Shown here: piece by piece, positions 44,132 to 57,073 of the stretch
Layout of the letters: each line of letters starts with the position of its first letter
How positions within the stretch are numbered: the first letter of the stretch is position 1
Origin: Pseudomonadota bacterium
Lineage (GTDB): Bacteria > Bdellovibrionota_F > JAHFAK01 > JBDREC01
Direction: 5' to 3'
Assembly: GCA_043820105.1 (NCBI GenBank)
Contig: JBDREC010000095.1
Coordinates: forward strand, 28,898-92,897
Length of the DNA: 64,000 nucleotides
Translations under genes and position numbers: made by a program
Notes under the pieces: generated by a model
Seen by the model: the letters and a program-made list of their open reading frames with translations, nothing else
Told to the model about the DNA's origin: nothing
Database searches by the model: none

Positions 44132-44938
44132 TTAAATGTTTTTCAATCTAACAATTCCTTTTGTTGAATAGTTTAAATCTAAAGATGCACATTTTAATTT
44201 ATTTTTTTTGAGATCATTATAAATTTCAGCAAATCTTTTAAATTTAACATCGTAATCTTCACTTCCAAAAATTATTGGAAAGGTGTCTTTTGATAAATAT
44301 AAAGTCATACCATATTTTTCGTCATAATTTAATTCAGATATTTCAAAACCATTTTTTTCAAATTTACTTATCAAGCCTAAGGCTTTTTTAACCTTTTCTT
44401 CATCACTTCCGTCACACGAAAAGTCAGTCAAAATGGGATAGTCATGTCCTGCATCATCATCAGCATCTCCAACAAGCTTCCCTAAATCATCTATATATTT
44501 AAATTTATCACACTTTATTAAAGCTTTCGCGTGTCTTCTTTTAACATTAATAACAACTTTATTTGGCCAAATCCTATCGAGTTTAATTGCCTCAACCCAT
44601 GCATTATTTAAAATTCTTTTTGAAACTTCTCTCATATCAAGCTTAAACAAGTTTGTTCCCATGTTTATGCCAGCCAAACTCACAACATCATTTCGATTTA
44701 AATTCTGATCTTCTGCTCCATTTGAAACAATAAAGTCGATTTTCTTAATAGCAAATAAGGATCCTGAAAATATTTGGCTGCTAAAAAACGCTGCTATCGA
44801 AACACAAAAAACAATCAAAAGAGCAACAAAAAATACTTTTGTAATTTTTCCAGTACCTTTTGAATTTCTTTTTCTAGTTGATCTAACTACCTTTTTCTTG
44901 TTTTTTCTTTTTATAGTTTGATTTTTCAGTGATCTCAT
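44132..44938 (-). CDS. ftsQ: cell division protein FtsQ
   Basis: 268 aa. Basic N-terminus, a single TM and a POTRA-like region, in the canonical position between murB and ftsA. Confidence 0.8.
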   Translation of the reverse strand: MRSLKNQTIKRKNKKKVVRSTRKRNSKGTGKITKVFFVALLIVFCVSIAAFFSSQIFSGSLFAIKKIDFIVSNGAEDQNLNRNDVVSLAGINMGTNLFKLDMREVSKRILNNAWVEAIKLDRIWPNKVVINVKRRHAKALIKCDKFKYIDDLGKLVGDADDDAGHDYPILTDFSCDGSDEEKVKKALGLISKFEKNGFEISELNYDEKYGMTLYLSKDTFPIIFGSEDYDVKFKRFAEIYNDLKKNKLKCASLDLNYSTKGIVRLKNI

Positions 44939-45864
44939 ATCCCCTCCTTAATAACAAGCTCTTCTTGCAGTGAAATTCCAGTTTCCCTAAAAACTTTCCC
45001 TTTAATAAGTTCAATTAAGCCAACAACATCTGAAAAGGTCGCTTTTGATTTATTGATAATAAAATTTGCATGTTCATTTGAAACCATTGCATCTCCAACA
45101 GACAGGTTTTTCATTCCAAGTGAATCTATTAATTCTCCAGCTGAAATATTCTCTAAGTTTTTAAAAACACAACCAGCTGATTTCGCGAAATAAGGCTGAG
45201 TACTCATTCTTTTTTTCATATTACTACGAATCTTATCTTTTAAAACTTTACTATTTATTTTTGAAAATTTCAGCTCAGCATCTAAAATTATATTCTCTCT
45301 AGACAAACTAGTTCCTCTGTACCTAAAACCTATCTTGTCTTTTTTAATTTTTTCACAGGCTCCCAACTTATTAAGACAAGTTATTTCACTCGTTATTTTA
45401 CTAAAACCTAATTTATCAATGCCTGCATTTGATTTAATTCCACCACCAATTGTGCCAGGAATACTTGATATATTATAAAGCTCACTAAGACCCGTTTGAG
45501 CAAATTCTCCAATAAGTCTTTTTATCATCACAGAAGAAGAGACTTTGATCCTAACTTCATTTTCATCTTCATTTAAAATATCAATCTTTCCCTTCTTGTT
45601 AACTTTCTCTTTAATAATAATCACAGCGCCATGCAAATCTGAATCAGTAATTAACAAGTTTGATCCTGCGCCCATAACAAAGTAGGGGATTTCATTGGCA
45701 ACAACAAAATCTACTGCTTTCTTGATTTCATCAGTATCGCAAACATGTATTAAAAGATCAATTTTACCTCCAATTTTAAAGGTAGTATATTCTGAAAGCA
45801 TAGTATCTTTATAAACTTCAAGCCCTAATTCATTTATTAGATATTCGCTGTGGCTTTGAAACAT
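44935..45864 (-). CDS. murB: UDP-N-acetylenolpyruvoylglucosamine reductase MurB
   Basis: 309 aa. YTTFKIGGKIDLL and MGAGSNLL motifs. Confidence 0.9.
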   Translation of the reverse strand: MFQSHSEYLINELGLEVYKDTMLSEYTTFKIGGKIDLLIHVCDTDEIKKAVDFVVANEIPYFVMGAGSNLLITDSDLHGAVIIIKEKVNKKGKIDILNEDENEVRIKVSSSVMIKRLIGEFAQTGLSELYNISSIPGTIGGGIKSNAGIDKLGFSKITSEITCLNKLGACEKIKKDKIGFRYRGTSLSRENIILDAELKFSKINSKVLKDKIRSNMKKRMSTQPYFAKSAGCVFKNLENISAGELIDSLGMKNLSVGDAMVSNEHANFIINKSKATFSDVVGLIELIKGKVFRETGISLQEELVIKEGI

Positions 45865-45865
45865 A

Positions 45866-46948
45866 TTAATTCCTGCCTTCTCCTAAATTGATACACTCAT
45901 CTGCTATTAATTCTGATGCATTTATCTTAGAAATAGCCTTAGCTCTTTTTGACATAAACTTCAGTTCATCTTTGTTATTCATAAGCCCAATTATAGCGTT
46001 AAAAAGATTCTCAACGATACAATCTGATTCTTCTATCAATATTGCCGCTAAATTTTCTTCAAAATACTTAGCATTGTAATATTGATGATTATCGGCTGCA
46101 TGAGGATAGGGAATCAAAATCGCTGGTTTTCCAAATGCCGCGAGTTCCATAATCCCTGAACCAGATCTTGAAATCACAAGATCTGCTTTATCTATATGAT
46201 TCCATATATCTTCAAAATAATCTTTAACATTTACTTCTACACCAATATTTTCATATTCTAATAAAACGCGTTGATAATCATATGTTCCGGCCTGGTGAAC
46301 AAGTTTCAGCCTTGCAAGATCACTTTGTCCTAACTTTTTTAAAACGCCAATAACAGCATTATTCACTGCCACAGATCCCTGAGATCCACCAACAACTAAG
46401 ATATTAAAAGACCCTTTGCTTTTCCTTTCGTGAACAACTTTTAAGAGTTCTTCTCTCAAAGGATTCCCACTCATGACCACTTTTTTGTTATTAAAATATT
46501 TCTTTGATGATTCAAAAGTTAAGAACACCTTTGTGGCAAGTTTGCCAAGAAATCTATTGGCAATTCCCGGAACAGAGTTTTGCTCAAGCAAAATAATTTT
46601 ATTTCCATTGCTAAAACCCGCAAAAATCATTGGAAAAGAAACATATCCACCAACACCAATAACTAGCGTTGGTTTAAACCTGAAAATAATATAAAGTGAT
46701 TGCAGCACTCCATAAATTAAAATTATAGCAGCTGGAACGAGTTTTAAAATATTTTTACCTTTTATAGTTGCTGAATTAATAAATTTTATATTAAATCCAT
46801 TTTCTGGTACTAATGTAGATTCCTGTCCATTTTTAGTACCAACAAAAAGGAGCTCACAATCAGGATCTTTTTGCTTAATTTTATTTGCCAAAGATAAAGC
46901 TGGATATATATGTCCTCCAGTACCACCGCCGGCTATTATAATTCTCAT
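45866..46948 (-). CDS. murG: undecaprenyl-PP-MurNAc-pentapeptide GlcNAc transferase MurG
   Basis: 360 aa. MRIIIAGGGTGGHIYPALS N-terminus and GGSQGS motif. Confidence 0.95.
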   Translation of the reverse strand: MRIIIAGGGTGGHIYPALSLANKIKQKDPDCELLFVGTKNGQESTLVPENGFNIKFINSATIKGKNILKLVPAAIILIYGVLQSLYIIFRFKPTLVIGVGGYVSFPMIFAGFSNGNKIILLEQNSVPGIANRFLGKLATKVFLTFESSKKYFNNKKVVMSGNPLREELLKVVHERKSKGSFNILVVGGSQGSVAVNNAVIGVLKKLGQSDLARLKLVHQAGTYDYQRVLLEYENIGVEVNVKDYFEDIWNHIDKADLVISRSGSGIMELAAFGKPAILIPYPHAADNHQYYNAKYFEENLAAILIEESDCIVENLFNAIIGLMNNKDELKFMSKRAKAISKINASELIADECINLGEGRN

Positions 46949-46949
46949 C

Positions 46950-48083
46950 CTAGACTCCTAGAATAAACTTTGTATTTCTCACCTCTTTTGAGGCATTTAA
47001 AATTATACCCATGCAAATCAAATTTGCAATTAATGAGCTTCCCCCATAACTAATAAAAGGCAGGGGGAGCCCTTTAGTAGGAAGTAAAGCCGTAACAACT
47101 CCCAAATTAAAAATAACTTGAATGGAAATCATTAGTGCCATTCCAAAAATTAAAAATGATCCAAACTTGTCCTCTAAACGCAGAGAAATTAAAAAGGTTC
47201 TGCTTATTAAAACCAAAAATAAAAAAATAATTAGACATGCGCCTATAAAACCAAGCTCTTCTCCAATAACTGAAAATATAAAATCTGTGTGAACCTCCGG
47301 AAGAAACAATAATGCCTGTTTGCCTTCACCCAAACCCACGCCATTAATTCCACCATTTTGAAAAGCAACAAAAGATTGTATAATCTGAAAACCACTGTTT
47401 TGTGGATCAGCCCATGGATTAAGAAAAGAGAGTATCCTTTTCTTTCTATAATCAAAGTTAAATATAAGGTAATAAACAATCGGAAACAAAACAATAAAAA
47501 GACCAAGAATGTGTCTAAATCTAATTCCACAAACAACAAACATAAAAAAAGAAATTACCAGAATTGTAAAGGCAGTCCCAAAATCAGGCTCCATCAAAAT
47601 AAGCCCAACAATAGCACCACAGACAACAACAAGCGGCAAAATACCTTTCTGCAAATTATTTATATGCCCCTTTGTCTTTTTTGAAAAGATTGAGGCTAAA
47701 TAAAAAATCATTACAATCTTTGCAAACTCAGAAACTTGCAAATTAAAAAAAGGAAACTTTAACCATCTTGTTGCACCACCGACTTTTACTCCCAAGCCAG
47801 GAACATATAAAAGCCCCAGACTAATTATGGTTACAATAATCATAAGAGGAACAAACTTAAAGTATGCCTTATAAGGAATCATCGAAAATCCAATAAGGCA
47901 AGACATTCCAAAAAGAATTGCCAAACCTTGTCTTTTAACAAAAAAATACTGGTCTTTAAACTTAAGATTTGAAAACACAAAACTTGAGTTATAAATAAAA
48001 ATCAGTCCAATACCTAATAACACAATAAGTGTAATCAAGATAACAGGATCAACCTTTATCATATTTTTGAATTTCAAATCCAA
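46950..48083 (-). CDS. ftsW: FtsW (SEDS family peptidoglycan polymerase)
   Basis: 377 aa with about ten TM helices. FQPSE-like QVSEFAKI and LPLPFISYGGSS motifs. Confidence 0.9.
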   Translation of the reverse strand: MDLKFKNMIKVDPVILITLIVLLGIGLIFIYNSSFVFSNLKFKDQYFFVKRQGLAILFGMSCLIGFSMIPYKAYFKFVPLMIIVTIISLGLLYVPGLGVKVGGATRWLKFPFFNLQVSEFAKIVMIFYLASIFSKKTKGHINNLQKGILPLVVVCGAIVGLILMEPDFGTAFTILVISFFMFVVCGIRFRHILGLFIVLFPIVYYLIFNFDYRKKRILSFLNPWADPQNSGFQIIQSFVAFQNGGINGVGLGEGKQALLFLPEVHTDFIFSVIGEELGFIGACLIIFLFLVLISRTFLISLRLEDKFGSFLIFGMALMISIQVIFNLGVVTALLPTKGLPLPFISYGGSSLIANLICMGIILNASKEVRNTKFILGV

Positions 48084-48087
48084 TTTT

Positions 48088-49161
48088 TTACCTTAACTTT
48101 AATGTTCCTAATGCAAATAATGCTAAAATAATGGAAACTATCCAAAACCTAACAATAACTTTGGGCTCAGCTATGCCCTTTAATTCAAAATGGTGATGTA
48201 TAGGAGCCATTTTAAAAACCCTTTTACCTGTCATTTTAAAGGAAATTACCTGAATAACTACAGACAAGGTTTCTAAAACAAAAACACCTCCAATAAGTAT
48301 TAATAAAATTTCACTTTTTGTTAATAGTGCAATTGTGCCTATTGCACCACCTAGTGATAATGAGCCAACATCACCCATAAATACCTGGGCTGGATAAGTA
48401 TTATACCATAGAAAACCAAGCCCTGCTCCTAATAAGGTTCCACTAATAATTGCAAGTTCACCAGCTCCATTTACATAAATCAAACCAAGATAATCTGAAA
48501 TTATATAGTGCCCAGCAACATATGACAATATAATATAGCAAATAGAGCTTGTTAACACAGGACCAATAGCTAGTCCATCAAGGCCATCTGTTAAATTTAC
48601 AGAATTTGATGTTCCAACAACAACTAGGAATGCAAACGGTATATACAATAATCCCAATTCTGGTCTAAATGCTTTAAAGAAAGGGAAATTCAAAGAGGTT
48701 GAAAAACCATTAGCATATAAATAAGCAGCAACAACAATAATAATAGATCCTTGCCAAAGTATTTTAATCCAACCTGAAACACCTTTGGAATTTTTCTTTT
48801 TGATCTTTTTATAATCATCTAAAAAGCCAAGTAATGCGAAACTCGCAGTTACAAAAATTGTTATCCATACAAGATAATTATCAAGTCTTGCCCATAAAAG
48901 AGTTGAAAATAAAATTGAGGATATTATTAGTAAACCTCCCATAGTTGGTGTACCTGCTTTGGCTAAATGAGTACCAGGCCCATCATTTCTAACTTGCTGT
49001 CCTAATTGCTTATGATTAAGTTTCCTAATAAGATAAGGACCTAAAATAAATGAAATAACCATTGCTGTCAGAGTTGCACAAACTGTTCTAAAGGTAATGT
49101 ATCTAAAAACATTAAAGAAAATAAACTCATTTGCTAAGGGATACAAAAGATGATATATCAT
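48088..49161 (-). CDS. mraY: phospho-N-acetylmuramoyl-pentapeptide transferase MraY
   Basis: 357 aa. [20 protein letters not shown] and MAPIHHHFE motifs. Confidence 0.95.
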   Translation of the reverse strand: MIYHLLYPLANEFIFFNVFRYITFRTVCATLTAMVISFILGPYLIRKLNHKQLGQQVRNDGPGTHLAKAGTPTMGGLLIISSILFSTLLWARLDNYLVWITIFVTASFALLGFLDDYKKIKKKNSKGVSGWIKILWQGSIIIVVAAYLYANGFSTSLNFPFFKAFRPELGLLYIPFAFLVVVGTSNSVNLTDGLDGLAIGPVLTSSICYIILSYVAGHYIISDYLGLIYVNGAGELAIISGTLLGAGLGFLWYNTYPAQVFMGDVGSLSLGGAIGTIALLTKSEILLILIGGVFVLETLSVVIQVISFKMTGKRVFKMAPIHHHFELKGIAEPKVIVRFWIVSIILALFALGTLKLR

Positions 49162-50558
49162 AATCCATATTCTCCTTTAATTCTATCAGCAATGAGATCC
49201 AAACTTATTCCTCTTGAACCCTTAATCAGTATCCAATCGCATTGGTCAGACTGTTTTAGTGCTTCATTTGAAGCTTCTCTGTGATCTTTAAATAACATTA
49301 TATTATTATCATTATTAAAACCCTGTGCTATACTTTCAGCGTATTGACCTATAGCAATAACTTTATCAATACCTTGTTCTTTAATTGATATTCCAAGCTC
49401 TTTATGAAGCTTCTTGCTTTCACTTCCCTGTTCAAGCATATCACCTACCACAAACAATGTTTTTGAATTGCCAGCTAATTTTTTAAACAATTCTAAAGCT
49501 GCTTTGACACTAAGTGGATTTGAATTATATGAATCATCAATTAAATATTTATTGTTTTTTAATTGTATAAGGGAATTTCTTCTATCTGAAAAAATCGGTT
49601 TGTTCAAACCCCTGGCAATATTATCAATGTCCAATCCCCAGGAATAAGTAACAGCAATTGCAGCTAAAGCGTTATTTATATTATGCCGACCCAGCAAAGG
49701 CAAATTCACATCAAAAAGCTCACCATAAGCAGAAACAGTAAGATCATATCCCTCTAAGCCCTTTTCTTGAGTACGACTAATAAAAACGTCTGCCCCAGTA
49801 TTATCAAACATGGAAAAGGTAAGCTTTTCACAATGCTCATTATCTTTTGAATAAGTTACAATATTTGGATCATCAATGTTCACAAAAATCTTGCCCTGAA
49901 CAGAAATAGCTCTAAAAAGCTTAGTTTTTTCTTTTGCAACTGTTTCAATATCTTTTAATCCTTCTAAATGTGAAGCACCCACATTTGTTAGTAGAGCCCA
50001 ATCAGGTTGGGCTATATTTGCAAGCTTATCCATTTCACCAATAGTATTTATGCCCAATTCTAAAATGCAATATTCATCTTCATTCTTAAGTTTTAATAAA
50101 GTTAAAGGAAGTCCAATATAATTGTTGAAGTTCTTTTCATTGGCAATTCCAGAAAAAGTAGTAGAAAGAATATTATTAATAAGTTCTTTTGTACCTGTTT
50201 TTCCAGCACTTCCACTAATACACAAAACACGAGCCTTTGATTTTTTTCTGTTTAAATTAGCTATTCTGCTTAAAGCATCAATGCTGTCATCAACTGCTAA
50301 AAGTCGACTTTTATCTTCAAATAACTGCAATACTTGATTGTCTTTTTCAACAATTGCAAATAAGGCACCTTTATTAAAAGCAGCTTCAACGAATTTATGC
50401 CCATCAAAATTGTTGCCATTAATTGCACAAAAAACATCCCCCTTACTTAAAACCCTAGAATCAATGCAAATAGGTGGAAAGATAGATCCAGATTCTTGAT
50501 TTAATAGCTCAAAATTAAATATTTCTGAAAAATCTTTCATTGTAATAATCAAGCTCAT
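49158..50558 (-). CDS. murF: UDP-MurNAc-tripeptide--D-Ala-D-Ala ligase MurF
   Basis: 466 aa. [34 protein letters not shown] and DDSYNSNP match the MurF pattern rather than MurE. Confidence 0.9.
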   Translation of the reverse strand: MSLIITMKDFSEIFNFELLNQESGSIFPPICIDSRVLSKGDVFCAINGNNFDGHKFVEAAFNKGALFAIVEKDNQVLQLFEDKSRLLAVDDSIDALSRIANLNRKKSKARVLCISGSAGKTGTKELINNILSTTFSGIANEKNFNNYIGLPLTLLKLKNEDEYCILELGINTIGEMDKLANIAQPDWALLTNVGASHLEGLKDIETVAKEKTKLFRAISVQGKIFVNIDDPNIVTYSKDNEHCEKLTFSMFDNTGADVFISRTQEKGLEGYDLTVSAYGELFDVNLPLLGRHNINNALAAIAVTYSWGLDIDNIARGLNKPIFSDRRNSLIQLKNNKYLIDDSYNSNPLSVKAALELFKKLAGNSKTLFVVGDMLEQGSESKKLHKELGISIKEQGIDKVIAIGQYAESIAQGFNNDNNIMLFKDHREASNEALKQSDQCDWILIKGSRGISLDLIADRIKGEYGL

Positions 50559-50573
50559 ACCTTATTAATAATC

Positions 50574-52553
50574 TTAAATCTCTCTTTTTAAATAAATCTT
50601 AACTTCGTTATTCTCACTTAACTCACTACCAGGAAGAGGTTCTTGCTTGTAAACAACACCCTGGCCTACTAACTCATATCTATAATTGAAACTCTTAAGA
50701 TCAGCAACAACCTCCCTTAATCCTTTGCCGAGGAAATTCGCCATTACTTGGTCTTTTGATTCAGTATTTTTTATATTGTCACTTTCATCTTCTAGTTTTT
50801 TTGCTTCTGTGTTTTCTTTTGTTTTATATTCTTCCTGGGTGCTTATTTTCATTTTTTCAGCGATGCTAATTTTATCATCAGGAGATATTCCTAAATAAGC
50901 GACTACTTTTTTGGCAATATTTTTAAAAATAGGAGCAGCAACTTTCCCTCCATATATTTCATTTTTAGGTTCATCTATCATTACTATTAAAGTCATTTGA
51001 GGATCATCTGCGGGAATCATTCCTGAAAAAAGTGCCATGTATGACTCTTTAGAATATTTTCCATCTACAATTTTTTGAGAAGTTCCTGTTTTTCCTGCGA
51101 TAATATAATCTTCCATTTTTGCATTTTTACCACTACCATCAACCGCATTTACAACATCGACAAGTGCATCTTTAACTTGATTGGCAGTATTTTTAGAAAT
51201 TACTGTCGCTATTTTGCTAGGTTTAAATTCTTTAGTAATTCTACCTTTTGAATTTAAAATTTGCTTAACAACATAAGGCTTCATCAGAGACCCACCATTT
51301 GCAATTACATTAAAGGCATTAATTATTTGCAAAGCGGTAATGCTGATACCCTGACCAAAAGCCAAATTAGCGAAATCAATTGGATAAAGTTTGTTAATGC
51401 TTTTTACTAAGCCCTTTTCTTCTGCAGGCAAGTCAATATTTGTTGCTAATCCAAAACCAAATTTACCAATATATTCATATAATTTTTCTTTTCCAAGCAA
51501 GTCTGCGATCTTAAAAGAACCAATATTGCTTGAGTATTTAATAATATCTCTAACTGTAAGTTTTTTTCGTTTAGCAATATCATGAATAACATTATTACCT
51601 ATATTAAGTGTACCATTTTCACAATTAATCTTGGTATTTAATGTTATAAGTTCTTCTTCCAATCCTGCAGACAAAACTACAATTTTAAAAAGTGACCCAG
51701 GTTCGATCAGATCCATGAGTCCTCTGTTTCTAAAATAAGTTGGAGGATAGCGCCAAAAAATATTTGGATTAAAGTTTGGAATACTTGCCATTGCTAAAAG
51801 CTCACCAGTCTTAGGATTCATAGCTATAGCTAAACCACCTTGGGCCTTGTACTCTACAACCGCCTTATTAAGCTCCATTTCAACCATGTACTGAATTCTT
51901 TTATCAATTGTAAGAACTAATGAAGATCCACTGTTTTCTGATAAATCTGCCTCTATCTTATTACTAATAACTCTTCCTCTTGCATCTTTTTCAATTTCTA
52001 CTAAAAGCTTTTGTCCTTGTAAATATTCATTGTACTTAAGTTCAAGTCCAGAAAGCCCAACTTGATCATTGTTAATAAAACCAATTAAATTTGATGCAAG
52101 TTCTCGTTGAGTATAAAATCTCTTCTTTTCCTTAATTGATATTATCCCTTTGTGATCGAGTTTTTCAATTGCATTTGCCTCTGCTGGAGAAACATATCTT
52201 TTTATCCATGCAAAGTATTTGTCCTTATTAGCTCCTTTAATAATATCTTCTTCATCAATTGATAATATCTTAGAAAGCTTTTTTGCAAGGGAATCAATAT
52301 CTGAAATTGCTTTTGGATTTATTGCAATTGAAGATACATCAATACTAACTGCAAATTTCTCCATATTTCTATCAAATATATTTCCTCTTCTTGGGAGTTT
52401 AACAATAGTCTTTTTATGTTGCCTGGACGATAATTTAGAAAGACGTGAATTGTCATCACACTGAAGAAAGTAAAGTCTAATTATGATTAAAGAAAATCCT
52501 AAAAGAACAAAAAAATAAGTAAATATTATTTTAATTCTTAATGACTTATTCAT
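50574..52553 (-). CDS. ftsI: penicillin-binding protein FtsI/PBP3-type transpeptidase with C-terminal PASTA domain
   Basis: 659 aa with SLFK (SxxK), SSN and KTGT boxes. The C-terminal about 65 aa, FLGKGLREVVADL...GVVYKQEPLPGSEL...VKIYL, is PASTA-like. Confidence 0.9.
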   Translation of the reverse strand: MNKSLRIKIIFTYFFVLLGFSLIIIRLYFLQCDDNSRLSKLSSRQHKKTIVKLPRRGNIFDRNMEKFAVSIDVSSIAINPKAISDIDSLAKKLSKILSIDEEDIIKGANKDKYFAWIKRYVSPAEANAIEKLDHKGIISIKEKKRFYTQRELASNLIGFINNDQVGLSGLELKYNEYLQGQKLLVEIEKDARGRVISNKIEADLSENSGSSLVLTIDKRIQYMVEMELNKAVVEYKAQGGLAIAMNPKTGELLAMASIPNFNPNIFWRYPPTYFRNRGLMDLIEPGSLFKIVVLSAGLEEELITLNTKINCENGTLNIGNNVIHDIAKRKKLTVRDIIKYSSNIGSFKIADLLGKEKLYEYIGKFGFGLATNIDLPAEEKGLVKSINKLYPIDFANLAFGQGISITALQIINAFNVIANGGSLMKPYVVKQILNSKGRITKEFKPSKIATVISKNTANQVKDALVDVVNAVDGSGKNAKMEDYIIAGKTGTSQKIVDGKYSKESYMALFSGMIPADDPQMTLIVMIDEPKNEIYGGKVAAPIFKNIAKKVVAYLGISPDDKISIAEKMKISTQEEYKTKENTEAKKLEDESDNIKNTESKDQVMANFLGKGLREVVADLKSFNYRYELVGQGVVYKQEPLPGSELSENNEVKIYLKREI

Positions 52554-52875
52554 CCTCAGTCCTCATATCCACAATCTGCCAAGATTCTGGATATATTAAT
52601 TTCATTTTATTTAAACCTATATTTTCAAGCCTATCTGGAGAAGTTAAATATGACTTCTCAATAGTAAGCTTATTTTTTTCACTTTTAAGCTTTCCTTCCT
52701 CTTCTTTTAACCTGCCTAACTCATAGCCGACATGAGTTACCAATATGCGTGACCAGGAATAGAAAAAAGCTGAGCTTATAAAAAAGAGTAAGGCGAGTAC
52801 TATCCATAAAATGGAAGCAAACTCAAAAGAGACCAGGATTTTTTTGCCCTTACCTTTCTTTTTTGCCTTGCACAC
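52546..52875 (-). CDS. ftsL: cell division protein FtsL
   Basis: Single TM (ILWIVLALLFFISSAFF) followed by a coiled-coil segment (LGRLKEEEGKLKSEKNKL), in the canonical position. The ORF-track start at 52956 overlaps rsmH by 59 nt. The GTG at 52875 is a plausible alternative, so the start is uncertain. Confidence 0.65.
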   Translation of the reverse strand: MCKAKKKGKGKKILVSFEFASILWIVLALLFFISSAFFYSWSRILVTHVGYELGRLKEEEGKLKSEKNKLTIEKSYLTSPDRLENIGLNKMKLIYPESWQIVDMRTEDE

Positions 52876-52897
52876 ACCAATGGCGCCGCTTGAAAGA

Positions 52898-53833
52898 CTA
52901 GCAACATTTGATTGCGCGGCGCAAACGCGCGCTTTTCGCCCTTGGGTTTTTTTCAATTTCCTCTTTCCCAGGTGTTATCCCTTTTTTATCAAGTATATTT
53001 AAAACCTTGACCGGATTACATCCACACTTTGGCATCCCCGGAGGACAAATACATTTACCGCTATAATTCACAAAATTCTTTTTAACAATTCCATCTTCCA
53101 GAGAATGATAAGATATAACTGCTATTTTACCATCTTCATTTAAAACCTTTGGAATCTTTCTTAAAAATAATTCCAAATTACTCAGTTCTTCATTAACCGC
53201 AATACGAATAGCCTGAAAAACTCTTGATAAAGTTTTTACAGGCTTTAATCCTTTTTTCGGTGCTGCACCTAATATAATCTCTTTAAGCTCACCAGTTGTC
53301 TTAACTTCCCCATGCTTTCTAGCATCAACAATTGCCTTAACAATAAGCCCTGAATATTTTTCTTCACCATATCTGTATAAAATCCGTAACAATTTCTCAG
53401 GACTTTCGGAATTAATAAGCTCAAAAGCTGATATTTTTTGAGCCTTATTCATTCTCATATCCAAGGGACCGTCATTATCAAAACTAAAACCATAACTTGC
53501 CTCATCTATCTGATAACTTGAAAGTCCCAAATCCATCAAAATACCATCTACAGCTTCAATTCCCAAGTCTAACAAAATTTTGTCAATATTTGAAAAGTTA
53601 TCATTGATAAAAATGACACGTGAGCCAAATTTATCTAAAATTTTTGTGGAAAAATTTATAGCATAGGTGTCCAGATCAACACCAATTAACAGTGAATCTA
53701 CATGTGAATTTAGTAATATTGAGTGAGCATGGCCTCCCCCTCCTAGATTGCAGTCAAGATAGATAGCCCTCCTCCTTGAACTGGCTAAAAAATTGACTAC
53801 CTCCTCCTTGAAAACCGGCTCGTGAAACTCCAT
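52898..53833 (-). CDS. rsmH: 16S rRNA (cytosine1402-N4)-methyltransferase RsmH
   Basis: 311 aa. HEPVFKEEV, DCNLGGGGH and DLGLSSYQ motifs. Confidence 0.95.
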   Translation of the reverse strand: MEFHEPVFKEEVVNFLASSRRRAIYLDCNLGGGGHAHSILLNSHVDSLLIGVDLDTYAINFSTKILDKFGSRVIFINDNFSNIDKILLDLGIEAVDGILMDLGLSSYQIDEASYGFSFDNDGPLDMRMNKAQKISAFELINSESPEKLLRILYRYGEEKYSGLIVKAIVDARKHGEVKTTGELKEIILGAAPKKGLKPVKTLSRVFQAIRIAVNEELSNLELFLRKIPKVLNEDGKIAVISYHSLEDGIVKKNFVNYSGKCICPPGMPKCGCNPVKVLNILDKKGITPGKEEIEKNPRAKSARLRRAIKCC

Positions 53834-53838
53834 CTTAA

Positions 53839-54276
53839 TTATAAACCAAAGTCAGACAGAGCCTCTGCATTAAAACTAGTTTTTAGTTTTTCAAATTCCT
53901 CGCTCCATTTTTCCTTTGCCCAGATTTCAATGGTCCGTACTTGACCCATCAAAACAACGTCTTTAGAAAGGTCCGCGTATTCCCTTAAGTTTTGCGGAAG
54001 CAAAATCCTGCCACTTTTATCAATAGGACATTCTACAGCACCTGAAATAAAAAATCTTTTCAAGTAGGTAACTCTTTTGTCGAATTGAGGCATTTCGGCC
54101 ACTTTTCTTTCTAAATCCCTCCATGCTTGTAAAGGATATGCTACCAAGCAAGGGTCGAAATGATTCGTTATGACCAAATGTTCAGAAAAGCGCTCATCAA
54201 GCACATCCCTAAATTTAGACGGAATACTAATTCTGCCCTTTGAATCAATAGAATGTTCGTAACGACCTTTAAACAT
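53839..54276 (-). CDS. mraZ: transcriptional regulator MraZ
   Basis: 145 aa. MFKGRYEHSIDSKGRISIPSKFR and a second DKSGRILLP SpoVT/AbrB-like repeat. Confidence 0.95.
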   Translation of the reverse strand: MFKGRYEHSIDSKGRISIPSKFRDVLDERFSEHLVITNHFDPCLVAYPLQAWRDLERKVAEMPQFDKRVTYLKRFFISGAVECPIDKSGRILLPQNLREYADLSKDVVLMGQVRTIEIWAKEKWSEEFEKLKTSFNAEALSDFGL

Positions 54277-54295
54277 AGCAACCTTTTACCATAAT

Positions 54296-54476
54296 TTCCC
54301 ACATTGTGGGAAAACATACTACACCCCCCCACCTTTTGTCAAGAAAGTTTTGAATATTTTTAGGGAAATTGGTTTTCCACAGGTGTGGATAACTTTATTT
54401 TTTTAAAGCTTTCCTTTAAGAAAATCCATATAATTTTGATATTATTTTAAACATCCCGGGTGGGGAAAAGTGGCAG
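54296..54476. promoter_or_regulatory. dcw leader with three GTGG-containing repeats (candidate MraZ operator/promoter region)
   Basis: TTCCCACATTGTGGGAA (54296-54312), TCCACAGGTGTGGA (54376-54389) and GTGGGGAAAAGTGG (10-nt-phased direct repeat within 54458-54476). A C7 run lies at 54324-54330. Confidence 0.3.
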
Positions 54477-54659
54477 GAATTTTTATTTTTTTGATGTTTT
54501 TCACATATTTTTCATTTTTTTTTCATAAATCAAAATCCATTCAAGTTTTCGTAAATGCATGACGGGCTAAAGTCTTTGTATTTAGGGCAATTGAGGGAAT
54601 AACATAGTCATATATAGGCAAAAAATTTAAACATGGGGGCATGGCAGCTTGGAAAGTTT

Positions 54660-57069
<2,410 letters not shown>

Positions 57070-57073
<4 letters not shown>

